Assembly (NCBI GenBank): GCA_964585725.1
Contig: CAZPFD010000003.1
Location: forward strand, 1 to 44,574
Source: an uncultured Ectothiorhodospiraceae bacterium
GTDB lineage: Bacteria; Pseudomonadota; Gammaproteobacteria; HK1
Length of the DNA stretch: 44,574 nt
Direction of reading: 5' to 3'
The notes beneath the pieces are model-generated. The model did no database searches. It worked only from the letters and a program-made list of their open reading frames with translations, and had not been told where the DNA came from. Positions within the stretch are counted from its first letter, which is position 1, and each line of letters opens with the position of its first letter. A program made the translations under genes and the position numbers. This document shows, piece after piece, positions 10,453 to 19,077 of this stretch.

Positions 10453-10468
10453 TGTGAAATGCTTCACA
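10453..10468. promoter_or_regulatory. candidate CRP/Vfr-family (cAMP receptor protein) binding site
   Basis: TGTGA-AATGCT-TCACA is a perfect match to both consensus half-sites with the canonical 6-nt spacer. Left flank is AAA. It lies 32-77 nt upstream of the possible FHA gene starts, in the only AT-rich patch of this intergenic region. Confidence 0.5.
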
Positions 10469-10499
10469 GATTCACGGATTCCGTCCATGGGAATCTACG

Positions 10500-10952
10500 T
10501 TGTTTCTCCAGCCCGGAAGCGCTGCGACAGGGATCACGGACTCGATGACCACTGGCCCTACGGCTGCCTCGTTTGATTTCAACGAAGACGGTTTCGGCCG
10601 GTTGCCCAAGGGCGAACCGGTGGCCGTCTCGCTCAGACCGAACGAGGCGCTCCCCGTGGTCCTCGCCGACCACAAGTGCCACCTGGTCATGGACGGCGGT
10701 CTGGCTCTGCTCGATACCACCGGCCGGCGCCGTGCGCTGCGCGCCGGGAAGAACATCGTCGGCCGCGACCGCCAGTGCGACGTGGTCATCGAGCAGGACT
10801 TCAAGAACGTCTCGCGCAAGCACCTGCTCATAGAAACCGTGGGCGAGTCCCTCGTGCGGCTCACCGACATCTCGTCGCTCGGAACCCTGGTCCCCTGCGA
10901 GTACCTGGCTTCAGGCGACGCGCGAGCCCGTGCCCGAGGCGTAGCGCTCTAA
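10500..10952 (+). CDS. FHA domain-containing protein
   Basis: FHA core GKNIVGRDRQCDVVIEQDFKNVSRKHLLIE...LTDISSLGTLV (GR, SxxH and S-x-G-T motifs). The track start at 10500 is TTG. The first ATG is at 10545 (MTTGPT...), so the start is uncertain. Confidence 0.7.
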   Translation: MFLQPGSAATGITDSMTTGPTAASFDFNEDGFGRLPKGEPVAVSLRPNEALPVVLADHKCHLVMDGGLALLDTTGRRRALRAGKNIVGRDRQCDVVIEQDFKNVSRKHLLIETVGESLVRLTDISSLGTLVPCEYLASGDARARARGVAL

Positions 10953-11284
10953 TCCATGTGCAGGACCCGGCGCGTACCCTCGCGCTCGAAGACCGCTTGG
11001 CGCTCCCCCACCTCGATCAGGCGATATCCGTTGAGCTCCTCCCCCATCTTCACGATCACCCCGCCCACATTGGCCATGGACTCGCTCCCGTCGACCACGG
11101 TGGCGCGCAGCTGCGTCGATCCCACGGACGCGGCGGGCGCACGCGCCCCGCCGCCGGAACCCGCATCCGCCAAGGCGGCGGGCCGAGCGAAGGGATCGTG
11201 CTCCAGCACCACCGGCTGCTCCTCTGCGCCGGCCGCCGTGGCGCCGAGCAACAACGCAAGCGCTACCCTCAACTGCGCCGTCAT
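10949..11284 (-). CDS. small secreted pilus-assembly protein (MshK/PilP-like)
   Basis: 111 aa. Sec signal MTAQLRVALALLLGATAAGA. C-terminal beta-rich LRATVVDG..ANVGGVIVKMGEELNGYRLIEVGERQAVFE resembles the PilP/MshK/GspC-HR fold pattern. Start overlaps the pilO-like gene by 4 nt. Confidence 0.5.
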   Translation of the reverse strand: MTAQLRVALALLLGATAAGAEEQPVVLEHDPFARPAALADAGSGGGARAPAASVGSTQLRATVVDGSESMANVGGVIVKMGEELNGYRLIEVGERQAVFEREGTRRVLHMD

Positions 11285-11859
11285 TCCTCCTCGCCCTCGT
11301 GCGGGCGATAGGACACCACCCGCAGATTCATGTTGAGCTGTGGGCGCGCTGCCCCCTCCGCGATGTGAAACTCCTTCACTACCATCGGGTGCAAGGCGTC
11401 CTCCGCCTGCTGAAGCCAGCCGAAGAGCTGCATGTACGAGCCGGTGACCTCGACGTCGAACGGGATCTCTTCGAACATCAGCACCCGACCGATCGGTCCG
11501 GGTTTGACTCCGACGAGCTGCACTCCGTGCTTCGTAGCCAGCCGGTCGAGCTGACCGATGATGTAGGAGACCATTTCACTCGACTGGAGCTGCGGCGTCT
11601 GTCCGTACAGGGTCTGCCTCAACTGTTCCACTTCCCGCTCGAGTTGACGCACGTGTGCGTCATTAACCACGCGCCGCTGGGAGCGAATCTCCATGGCGGA
11701 GTCGTCGGCGAGACGGTGCAGCCGCACGTATTCCTTGAGCGGTGCCTCGAGCAGGTAGAAGTACGCCGCCGTCACCGTGACCCCCACCACGGAGACGAGC
11801 ATCAGCAGGAGCATCCGCGGCTCGAGACCTTCGAGGATTCGATCGGCGTTCCGGGCCAT
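11281..11859 (-). CDS. PilO/MshJ/GspM-like pilus assembly protein
   Basis: 192 aa. One TM helix (MLLLMLVSVVGVTVTAAYFYLL), a coiled-coil segment, then a ferredoxin-like C-terminus. Positioned after the pilN-like gene. Confidence 0.65.
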   Translation of the reverse strand: MARNADRILEGLEPRMLLLMLVSVVGVTVTAAYFYLLEAPLKEYVRLHRLADDSAMEIRSQRRVVNDAHVRQLEREVEQLRQTLYGQTPQLQSSEMVSYIIGQLDRLATKHGVQLVGVKPGPIGRVLMFEEIPFDVEVTGSYMQLFGWLQQAEDALHPMVVKEFHIAEGAARPQLNMNLRVVSYRPHEGEEE

Positions 11860-11860
11860 C

Positions 11861-12499
11861 TCAGCTCCCGATCACCACCGCCAGAGTGAAGTCGACGACC
11901 TGCAGCGATTCGTACGCGTGCATCCGCGTGTTGAGAACCTTCACCTCCTCGATCACTGGCTGCGCGTTCAGACGCTGGACGAACTCGGCAAGCGCCGAGT
12001 GGTCGCTCGCCTGTGCCCTGATCTCCATGTGCGTGGCCATCTGCCACGTCCTGGTCTCCGAGGTGCGCTCTCCGGCGGGCACGGTGATGAAGTAGCCGGT
12101 GTTGACGGTCCGCGGATCGGCGGCTACGAACTCGCCCGCGCGCCGGAACGTCCAATTCAAGAACCACACCTGGTTATCGAGCGCCCTGTCCACCGCCACG
12201 AAGATGGCGCGCGGCTCGGCGCCGCTGCGCAGCGCCTCGAGCGCTCGCGCCTTCTGCTCCAGCACTTCCCTGGTCGCTCGAAGCTCCTCGAGCGTCGCCT
12301 TTCGCTCCGCTACGAGCGCCCGGTCGGCATCCAGCTCCTCGAGCTCCGCCGTGCGCACCGTGACGCCGAAAGCGAGAAGCGCCTTGGCGACGATCAAACA
12401 GACGAGAACGGCGCCGTACATCCCGGCGAAGAGCTTGAGCCACCGTTTGGTGCGCCGCAAGCGCCGATAGCTGAGTGGGACCAGATCAATCTCAGCCAT
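11861..12499 (-). CDS. PilN-like fimbrial assembly protein
   Basis: 212 aa. N-terminal IDLVPLSYRR resembles the PilN INLLP motif. A single TM helix and coiled coil follow. Overlaps the pilM-like gene by 8 nt. Confidence 0.65.
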   Translation of the reverse strand: MAEIDLVPLSYRRLRRTKRWLKLFAGMYGAVLVCLIVAKALLAFGVTVRTAELEELDADRALVAERKATLEELRATREVLEQKARALEALRSGAEPRAIFVAVDRALDNQVWFLNWTFRRAGEFVAADPRTVNTGYFITVPAGERTSETRTWQMATHMEIRAQASDHSALAEFVQRLNAQPVIEEVKVLNTRMHAYESLQVVDFTLAVVIGS

Positions 12500-13652
12500 T
12501 CTCCGCCCGTCCCCGAAGGGCGCAACCTGCGGCTATGGCGAATCCGGTGACCGGCTCGCTTTCAGGAAGCTCCGTGTGTTCGCTGGCCGGACCGAACGCA
12601 GCCAACGGGTTCAGGATCCGAACCGGCAAGGACAGCATACCGTTGATCAGCGCCTCTACGCCCGGCCATCGGGCGATGCTGCCGAGCAGGTACACCGTAT
12701 CCACCGATCCTCCGCGTGTCTGCGACGCCGTGTACATCAAGACCTTGGTGACCTCCTCGGCCAGCTCGAGCAGCATTGGCTTGACGATCTCGGTCATCGT
12801 GCGGGCGATCTCGGTCGGCGTCACCACATCCTCGTCGCCGTCTGACGCGCGTTCCGATGACAACCCGTACTGATATACGAGATCACGCACCGACGCCGGG
12901 CTCAGCTCCAGCGTGTCTCCGATGCTCGTGGTGATGATCGCCTCGCCGAAGTTCACCTCGCGGTCCAGTATCAAGCGGCGCCCGGAGATGACCGTGAGAT
13001 AAGTCTTCTCTCGGCCGAAGTTGATGACCAGAACCGTATCGAACGTCTCACGGGAATGCATGTACGCAACCAGCCGGTGTATAGCCACCGGCCCTATCTC
13101 GAGGGCGCTCACATTGAGGCCGGCGCTCTCCATCAGGTGCAGGTAGGCGAGAACGTCGGCTCGGCGCACCAGTGCGAGCAGTGCTCCCCTTTCTCCGTCG
13201 ATCTCACTGCGCGTGGAAACGGGCACGTAGTCCATCAGCCATTCGTCCACGGGACCCTCGACGCGATCCATCGCCTGCCTCATGATGGCCTCCGACTCCC
13301 CGAGATTCGACTGGGGCTTGTAGTTGAGTAGGCTGAGCTTGAGCTGCTCGGGCGGCATACAGGTGACGACGTCCCGTCCTGCAAAAGGGTGCCTGGCCAG
13401 AGCTTCCTTCACCAGCGCGCTGAAGGCCCGAGGATTGGATGTCACCTCATCGCGTGCGGTGCGATAGTGGAGGGATGCGGCGGCCCGCACGCGCAGCCGC
13501 TCGTCGCTGGACTCGAGCTGTAGCATATGCAGCCGCTCGTGACCGAGCTCCAGCCCTATCGGACCGCAGCGGTGTCGCGCCGCATTTCCGCGCGCGGCGA
13601 GCCGAACGAATGGACCGTATACACGCCCCAGAGCCTGCGCCGCGGTGCTCAT
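12492..13652 (-). CDS. PilM/MshI-like actin-fold pilus assembly ATPase-like protein
   Basis: 386 aa. Pattern typical of PilM (GLELGHERLHMLQLE..., LNVSALEIGPVAIHRL, VINFGREKTYLTV, VYLLGSIARWPGV). First gene of a pilMNO(P)-like operon. Confidence 0.75.
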   Translation of the reverse strand: MSTAAQALGRVYGPFVRLAARGNAARHRCGPIGLELGHERLHMLQLESSDERLRVRAAASLHYRTARDEVTSNPRAFSALVKEALARHPFAGRDVVTCMPPEQLKLSLLNYKPQSNLGESEAIMRQAMDRVEGPVDEWLMDYVPVSTRSEIDGERGALLALVRRADVLAYLHLMESAGLNVSALEIGPVAIHRLVAYMHSRETFDTVLVINFGREKTYLTVISGRRLILDREVNFGEAIITTSIGDTLELSPASVRDLVYQYGLSSERASDGDEDVVTPTEIARTMTEIVKPMLLELAEEVTKVLMYTASQTRGGSVDTVYLLGSIARWPGVEALINGMLSLPVRILNPLAAFGPASEHTELPESEPVTGFAIAAGCALRGRAENG

Positions 13653-13861
13653 CGGCCAACGCCCCCGCCGTCCGGCCGGGGCGCATGCACGCGCCGCGGC
13701 GCGGCGCTCTCCCCCGCGCTGGACCCTCTCTCTATCGGATATGTGGGGCGCAGAGGCGCAGGAGCGACGGAGCCGCGCTCACTGCGCACGCGCACCACAC
13801 TCTTGGCCGCCGGGTACGAGAACTGGCTCACGAGTGCATGATGCACGAGACACCATCCCCG

Positions 13862-15061
13862 TCATCCAGCTGCGGTTCGCATGGCCGCGTCGGGATCGGC
13901 CAGCTTGCAGGAAACGAAATGGACTTCGCCCCGGTGGTTCGACTTTCTGGCCTTGGCTTCGTACAGCACCTGATCGGCCGCTCTGTAAAGGACGTCCTCC
14001 GACGCCGGGACGCTGGGGGCCACGGTCACCAATCCCACGCTCACGCTGATCTCCGGGCCTTGCGCACCAACGCCCGGCTCGGGCGGACATCCGAGATGCT
14101 GGCGCAGCTTGGCGAATCCGCTGCCGACGACAGTCTCCGGGTCCGTTGCCGTGAACAGCAGGGCGAACTCGTCTCCACCCATCCGCACCAGATATCCCTG
14201 GTCACCCAGCGGTTCCTGGAAGGCGGTGACCACCGCCTTCAGGATCTTGTCTCCGTACTCATGACCATAGGTGTCGTTCAGCGGTTTGAAGTCGTCGACG
14301 TCGAGCAGGGCGTAGTGATAAGCGCGGTTGTCCGCACGCCACCGGTCGACGGTGGATGCGAAGTTGCTCATCAGGTATCGCCGATTCCACGCGCCGGTGA
14401 GGGGATCCTTGTTGGAGAGCATGGTCATCCGCTTGTGGGCATTCTCCAACTCATAGCGAGCGACGATATCGCTCTTGCGGACGCTCGCGTTTCGGGTTAC
14501 GAGCGCCAGACTGATGATGCCTGCACCCGCCATGACGAGCTGCAACGCCCACAAAGCCTCCCTGTCGAAGCGTGCGGCGTTCCCCGCAGTGGAGAAGGTG
14601 AACACGGCATAGATGAGCATCGTTACTGCAAATGCTTCACGCAGCCCCCACGGAACCATCGGAATGACCATGAACAGCAAGGCGACCCCTGCAAACAACG
14701 AGAGACTGAACGTACCGGTCTTGTGCGCCAGGAGCACGAATGCGGTTCCGCATACGACCAGCAGGCTCATGCCGAGCAGATAGAGCGAGTTCAGATCCTT
14801 CAACAGGCGGGCCGAGACGAAGACATGGGCGGCCAGCAGCGCCAGCAGCATGGAGGTATAGAGATAGGTGTATCCGAATCCGAGGCCTGCGTAGAGCACC
14901 GATTGCCCGCATAGAAGGAGCAGTGCCACCGCGCTCATGGCCGCGAGACCCTTGCGGGTCTCTTCGATCATCATGTAGTGCGCATAGCTGCTCAGCTCCT
15001 GCGCGCCGAAGCGAGTCGTTGACCAGACGTGATGGAGGCTCTCTACGAACTTACGGTACAT
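13862..15061 (-). CDS. membrane-bound diguanylate cyclase (GGDEF)
   Basis: Start chosen at ATG 15061 (MYRKF...). The track ORF extends to 15259. About six hydrophobic helices, then DPLTGAWNRRY...DVDDFKPLNDTYGH...RMGGDEFALLF with an intact GGDEF. Confidence 0.85.
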   Translation of the reverse strand: MYRKFVESLHHVWSTTRFGAQELSSYAHYMMIEETRKGLAAMSAVALLLLCGQSVLYAGLGFGYTYLYTSMLLALLAAHVFVSARLLKDLNSLYLLGMSLLVVCGTAFVLLAHKTGTFSLSLFAGVALLFMVIPMVPWGLREAFAVTMLIYAVFTFSTAGNAARFDREALWALQLVMAGAGIISLALVTRNASVRKSDIVARYELENAHKRMTMLSNKDPLTGAWNRRYLMSNFASTVDRWRADNRAYHYALLDVDDFKPLNDTYGHEYGDKILKAVVTAFQEPLGDQGYLVRMGGDEFALLFTATDPETVVGSGFAKLRQHLGCPPEPGVGAQGPEISVSVGLVTVAPSVPASEDVLYRAADQVLYEAKARKSNHRGEVHFVSCKLADPDAAMRTAAG

Positions 15062-15332
15062 CTTGTTCTGGCCGGGCCCGGGAGGTGCCGATCGTTCCCA
15101 GCATATCGGCGCACACCTTGAAATCTTGACGTGTGCGGTTTGCTCCAGTCTCTGTGGATGCGGTGGGAGGCGACCTAAAGTTGAAACTCTCGTCTGACGA
15201 TAAGTTTCGCGGGTACGGCCCGATGCGAACGCACGTCCGATTGCGGACGAGATCGGCACGCAGGAAAATAACGAGTATCAGCCCGGTGCCCGGCGAGGGA
15301 CTCGCCGGACCTCACACACGCCGATCCGCAAG

Positions 15333-15704
15333 ATGAGGAAGATCCTTCTTGTAGAGGACGACATCATGAGCCGGGATCTTCTGGCGCGCCGCCTCAGAAG
15401 CAGAGGATTCGAAGTTGTAACTGCTGGAGACGGTGCACGCGCTCTCGAGCTGGCTCGCGAGTCCCGCCCCGACCTCATCGTTATGGACATGAGTTTGCCG
15501 GTGAAGGACGGCTGGGATACCGTGCGCGAGCTCAAGAGTCGCGGCAGCACAAAGGACATTCCGATAGTCGCGCTCACGGGTTACGACCGTATCGGTGACC
15601 GCGAACAGGCGCTCCAGGCGGGCTGTACGGAGTTCGAGAGCAAGCCCGTTTCTTTCAAACGCCTCATCGCCAAGATCGGCGCCATCCTGGACCTTCCGGA
15701 GTAG
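15333..15704 (+). CDS. stand-alone response regulator receiver protein (CheY-like)
   Basis: 123 aa. ILLVEDD, DLIVMDMSLPVKDG (phospho-acceptor Asp), IVALTGY and ESKPVSF receiver signatures. Confidence 0.85.
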   Translation: MRKILLVEDDIMSRDLLARRLRSRGFEVVTAGDGARALELARESRPDLIVMDMSLPVKDGWDTVRELKSRGSTKDIPIVALTGYDRIGDREQALQAGCTEFESKPVSFKRLIAKIGAILDLPE

Positions 15705-15707
15705 AGG

Positions 15708-17306
15708 GTGCCCTCCGCCGCGGGCAAGCGCCAGCCGGAGCCGAACCGTGAGTCCCTGCTGGTCCAGCTCCAGCATGGGTTGCGCACACCCATCAACGCC
15801 ATCATCGGCTACAGTCGTCTTCTGCTCGAAGACGGCTCCTCGTACGCACGCCGCGTTCGGGATCTGCAACGCATACATTCCGCAGGCAAGCGCCTTCTCA
15901 ATCTAGTGGACGAAGTGCTCGACTGGGACAACCTTCGAGACCCTCAATTCGACGTCCGATCGCCTGCATTCGCGCACCGTGTCCAACACGACCTCAAGGA
16001 TCCGCTGAACGTCATTGTCGGCTACACGGAGATGCTGCTCGAGGAAGCGGACGACGCCGAGCTCGATCGCTTGTCCGAGGATCTGCACAACATTCTCACG
16101 GCGGCAGGCCAGCTTCGTCGCACCATCGATGAGCTGGGGTTTGTGATCGCCGGCGACGCGGCCCCCGGCCAGTCCCGCCAGCTGTCCTCGGCCGCTGCGC
16201 TGGCCTACGACGCGGTCAGGAGCCTGCGCAGCCTGACGGCTCACCAGGATCAGCAGGCACGCGGGGCGCGGGTGCTGATCGTCGACGACAACGACAGCAA
16301 CCGCGATCTCATCTCGCGCCACCTGATGCGCCACGGCTACCGGGTGGAAACGGCGCAAGACGGCCAACAGGCCGTGCACATGCTTCAGGAGCACCCCTAC
16401 GACGTGGTGCTGCTCGACGTGATCATGCCGCACATGAACGGCTACGAGGCGCTGGCGCTCATCAAGAGCGACGAGAATCTGTCGCACATCCCGGTGATCA
16501 TGATCTCCGCCTACGACGATCTGGAGAGCATCGCCCGCTGCATAGAGCTCGGCGCGGACGAGTATCTGCCCAAGCTCTTCAATCCCGTGCTGCTGAGAGC
16601 GCGCGTGGCCGCCTGCCTGGAGAAGAAGCGTCTTCGCGATCGGGAACGAGTGTTTCTGCGTACCATTCGGGCCGAGCAGGAGAAGTCGGAGAAGCTTCTG
16701 CTGAATATCCTTCCCGAGCCCATCGCGCAGCGCCTGAAGCAGGGCGAGTCGAGGATAGCCGACCAGTTCGCGGAGGTGACGGTGCTCTTCTGCGATCTGG
16801 TCGATTTCACGGGCTTCGGCTCCAGACACGAGGCGAGCACGGTGGTCGATCGGCTGAACGAGGTATTCCACACTTTCGACGATCTGGTGGAGGCCAACGG
16901 CCTTGAGAAGGTCAAGACTATCGGGGATTCGTACATGCTGGTGGGTGGGCTGCCGGTGCCGAGGGCCGATCATGCGGCGGCGGTCGCGGACGTCGCGCTC
17001 GCGATGATGGGGGTCGTCGAGCGCCTGAACCGGACCCATGGAGAGCCGATACAGGCCCGTGTCGGGATTCACACCGGACCGGTGGTGGCGGGGGTAATCG
17101 GTCGCACCAAGTTCACCTACGATCTGTGGGGGGACACCGTCAACGTCGCGAGCCGCATGGAGTCGCACGGCATCGCGGGACGGATACAGGTCTCTGAGAG
17201 CACGTACGTACGTCTTCGGGACGAGTTTGCTTTCCGCAAGAGAGGCACGGTGAACGTCAAGGGGAAGGGCCGGATGAAGACGTATCTGCTCCTCGGCAGA
17301 AGATAG
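15708..17306 (+). CDS. DHp-DHp-REC-class III adenylate cyclase hybrid signalling protein (no HATPase domain)
   Basis: GTG start 3 nt after the upstream stop, with GGAG upstream. Two HisKA-like H-boxes (LQHGLRTPINAIIGYSRLL; VQHDLKDPLNVIVGYTEML). REC domain (VLIVDDNDSNRD, VVLLDVIMPHMNG). Cyclase domain (VLFCDLVDFTGF, KTIGDSYML, YDLWGDTVNVASRMES). Confidence 0.85.
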   Translation: MPSAAGKRQPEPNRESLLVQLQHGLRTPINAIIGYSRLLLEDGSSYARRVRDLQRIHSAGKRLLNLVDEVLDWDNLRDPQFDVRSPAFAHRVQHDLKDPLNVIVGYTEMLLEEADDAELDRLSEDLHNILTAAGQLRRTIDELGFVIAGDAAPGQSRQLSSAAALAYDAVRSLRSLTAHQDQQARGARVLIVDDNDSNRDLISRHLMRHGYRVETAQDGQQAVHMLQEHPYDVVLLDVIMPHMNGYEALALIKSDENLSHIPVIMISAYDDLESIARCIELGADEYLPKLFNPVLLRARVAACLEKKRLRDRERVFLRTIRAEQEKSEKLLLNILPEPIAQRLKQGESRIADQFAEVTVLFCDLVDFTGFGSRHEASTVVDRLNEVFHTFDDLVEANGLEKVKTIGDSYMLVGGLPVPRADHAAAVADVALAMMGVVERLNRTHGEPIQARVGIHTGPVVAGVIGRTKFTYDLWGDTVNVASRMESHGIAGRIQVSESTYVRLRDEFAFRKRGTVNVKGKGRMKTYLLLGRR

Positions 17307-17337
17307 AAGCCGCGCCGGACGGGCCGGGTCCCACCCG

Positions 17338-19077
17338 TCAGTTGTCTTCCAGATAGAGAACCTGCTGCGTGTCATGGTCGCTGATGACGTGCTCGCACGT
17401 CATCGGGTTCACGGCGATTCCCTGGATCTGCGAGGCACCAAAGGACGCTTCAGCGTCGTACTGACCGAGCAGATTGCCTTCGAAGTCCAAAAAAAAGACG
17501 ATGCCTTGTTTGTCCGCAACCATCAGCTTGTCGGTACCTGCCAGATGCGTGACGCCCCAGGGCTCCGGAGCCAAGCCTGAGACGTCGATCGACTGCTGAA
17601 GGTTCCCATCCTGGTCGACGATATGGACGCCGGCGTTGCTCGCGCCGAGGCCGTCCTTGTCGCCGCTGATCGCCAGATGATTCTCGTAGACGCCGCTCGC
17701 CGTACGGCCGATGTAGGTGATGCCGACGGGACGTTGGGTGAAGGCGCTGGTGGAGAAGAAGCTCTGGACTGCGCCCGCGAGGTCCAGGAAGTACACGCGC
17801 CTCTCGTTCTCCTCCGTGACCGCGAGGTGATCGCGCCAGGCACCGGCTTGGATGTACGCGGCGTCGCGGACGTGATCGGTGGGGGTATCGAGCGTGCTCA
17901 GAGCCGTCCCCGACCTGTCGACCATGCGAAGCTTCTTGTCACCAGTGTCGACCAGCAGCCACGCACCATCCAGCGGTGCGCTCGTCCCGTTGAAGGCGAC
18001 GCAGTCCGCCAGAAACGCGACTCCCCAGACGTCGCCGGCCCCGAGAGCGGACGTGGAGAACGAGCCGCTCTCCTGGTCGGGGACGAAGTCGGCGCTGCAC
18101 ACGGGGGCCGGCGGCTGCGGAAAGTCGCAGGTTCCGCATTCGCACCGGTAAGTGAGCGTGAGCTTGGGTCTGAGAGCGCATTGGGCGCTGTCGCCGCTGT
18201 AGTGGCGCTTCTCTTTGTTGCCGGGGTCGGGCTGCGCGCGCAGGATCAAGCCTTGATTGGGGTAAGCGCCGTCCACCCAGCCCTGAACCGCGGCGAGGAC
18301 GTCCAGGCTCTTCCAGCCGACGCTCGAGGCCGAGTACGAGTCGAGAGCCGTCGCCGCGTAGTCGCCCCCTGGGGTCGTCCAGTTGTTGAGACCGTCGTAT
18401 TCCTGCCAGGTCGCCCCGCTGTTTGCGGTTCCCGTACCTTCCACCCAGTCGCGCACCATTCGGTGCACCTCCACCGTAGCCGGATCACCGGTGTTCTGAT
18501 GAAGGTACAGCTCGAGCTGCGCCGACTCCACGCTTGCACCGGGTGCAAGACCGGACAGGTCGAAGCGCAGTAGACTGCGCCGGTCGCCGCCCGGAGGGCC
18601 CTCCGGGTCGATGCGGAGGTCTGCGTCAGCTCCGTAGTTGGCGTCCGACTGCTCGGAGCTCAGGTACGTGTCCCTTCCCGTCGTCCGTCCGGGCTGCAAG
18701 GTGATGGTGCGCGGTGCGTCGAAAACGGCAACGTTCTCCTTGCGCACGGTGCGCTGCGTCCCGTCCGCGAGCTGCCCGCTCGCCGTGATCTCCACCGGGG
18801 AGCCGTCGGCGGGGGTGATGGCCGCGCTGTAGGCATGCGGGCCGAAGTCGGTCGCGCCCAGGCTCGGGTAGCCCGTGCATGCGCTCTGATTCGCGAGCCA
18901 GCGCTGGTGTTGCAGGCCCGCCTCCGCCACATAGCGGGCCTGGTCGATCCCGGTCTCGGTCGCCGCGCGGCGCACGTGCATCGCGCCCTCCCGGCTCAGC
19001 AGAAATGCGACGCTCGCGATGAGCGCGAGGCCCAGCACCACCGGGAGCAGCAGGAACCCGCCCTGTCGCCCGCTCAC
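17338..19077 (-). CDS. large GspK/PilX-like minor pseudopilin with DNRLRE-like beta-sandwich and C-terminal beta-propeller-like repeats
   Basis: 579 aa. N-terminus RQGGFLLLPVVLGLALIASVAFLL resembles the PilX_N/GspK hydrophobic segment (no Glu5). Residues ~124-312 read DTYLSSEQSDANYG...RRSLLRFDLSGLAPGASVESAQLELYLH...WVEG..GATWQEY. The C-terminal ~250 aa have repeating strand patterns. Overlaps the upstream pilin gene by 4 nt. Confidence 0.6.
   Translation of the reverse strand: MSGRQGGFLLLPVVLGLALIASVAFLLSREGAMHVRRAATETGIDQARYVAEAGLQHQRWLANQSACTGYPSLGATDFGPHAYSAAITPADGSPVEITASGQLADGTQRTVRKENVAVFDAPRTITLQPGRTTGRDTYLSSEQSDANYGADADLRIDPEGPPGGDRRSLLRFDLSGLAPGASVESAQLELYLHQNTGDPATVEVHRMVRDWVEGTGTANSGATWQEYDGLNNWTTPGGDYAATALDSYSASSVGWKSLDVLAAVQGWVDGAYPNQGLILRAQPDPGNKEKRHYSGDSAQCALRPKLTLTYRCECGTCDFPQPPAPVCSADFVPDQESGSFSTSALGAGDVWGVAFLADCVAFNGTSAPLDGAWLLVDTGDKKLRMVDRSGTALSTLDTPTDHVRDAAYIQAGAWRDHLAVTEENERRVYFLDLAGAVQSFFSTSAFTQRPVGITYIGRTASGVYENHLAISGDKDGLGASNAGVHIVDQDGNLQQSIDVSGLAPEPWGVTHLAGTDKLMVADKQGIVFFLDFEGNLLGQYDAEASFGASQIQGIAVNPMTCEHVISDHDTQQVLYLEDN

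Noticed and set aside
17318-17339. GACGGG-N10-CCCGTC hairpin between the convergent cyclase and gspK-like genes, a possible bidirectional terminator.
   Set aside because: The stem is only 6 bp with a 10-nt loop, there are no flanking T/A tracts, and it overlaps a stop codon.
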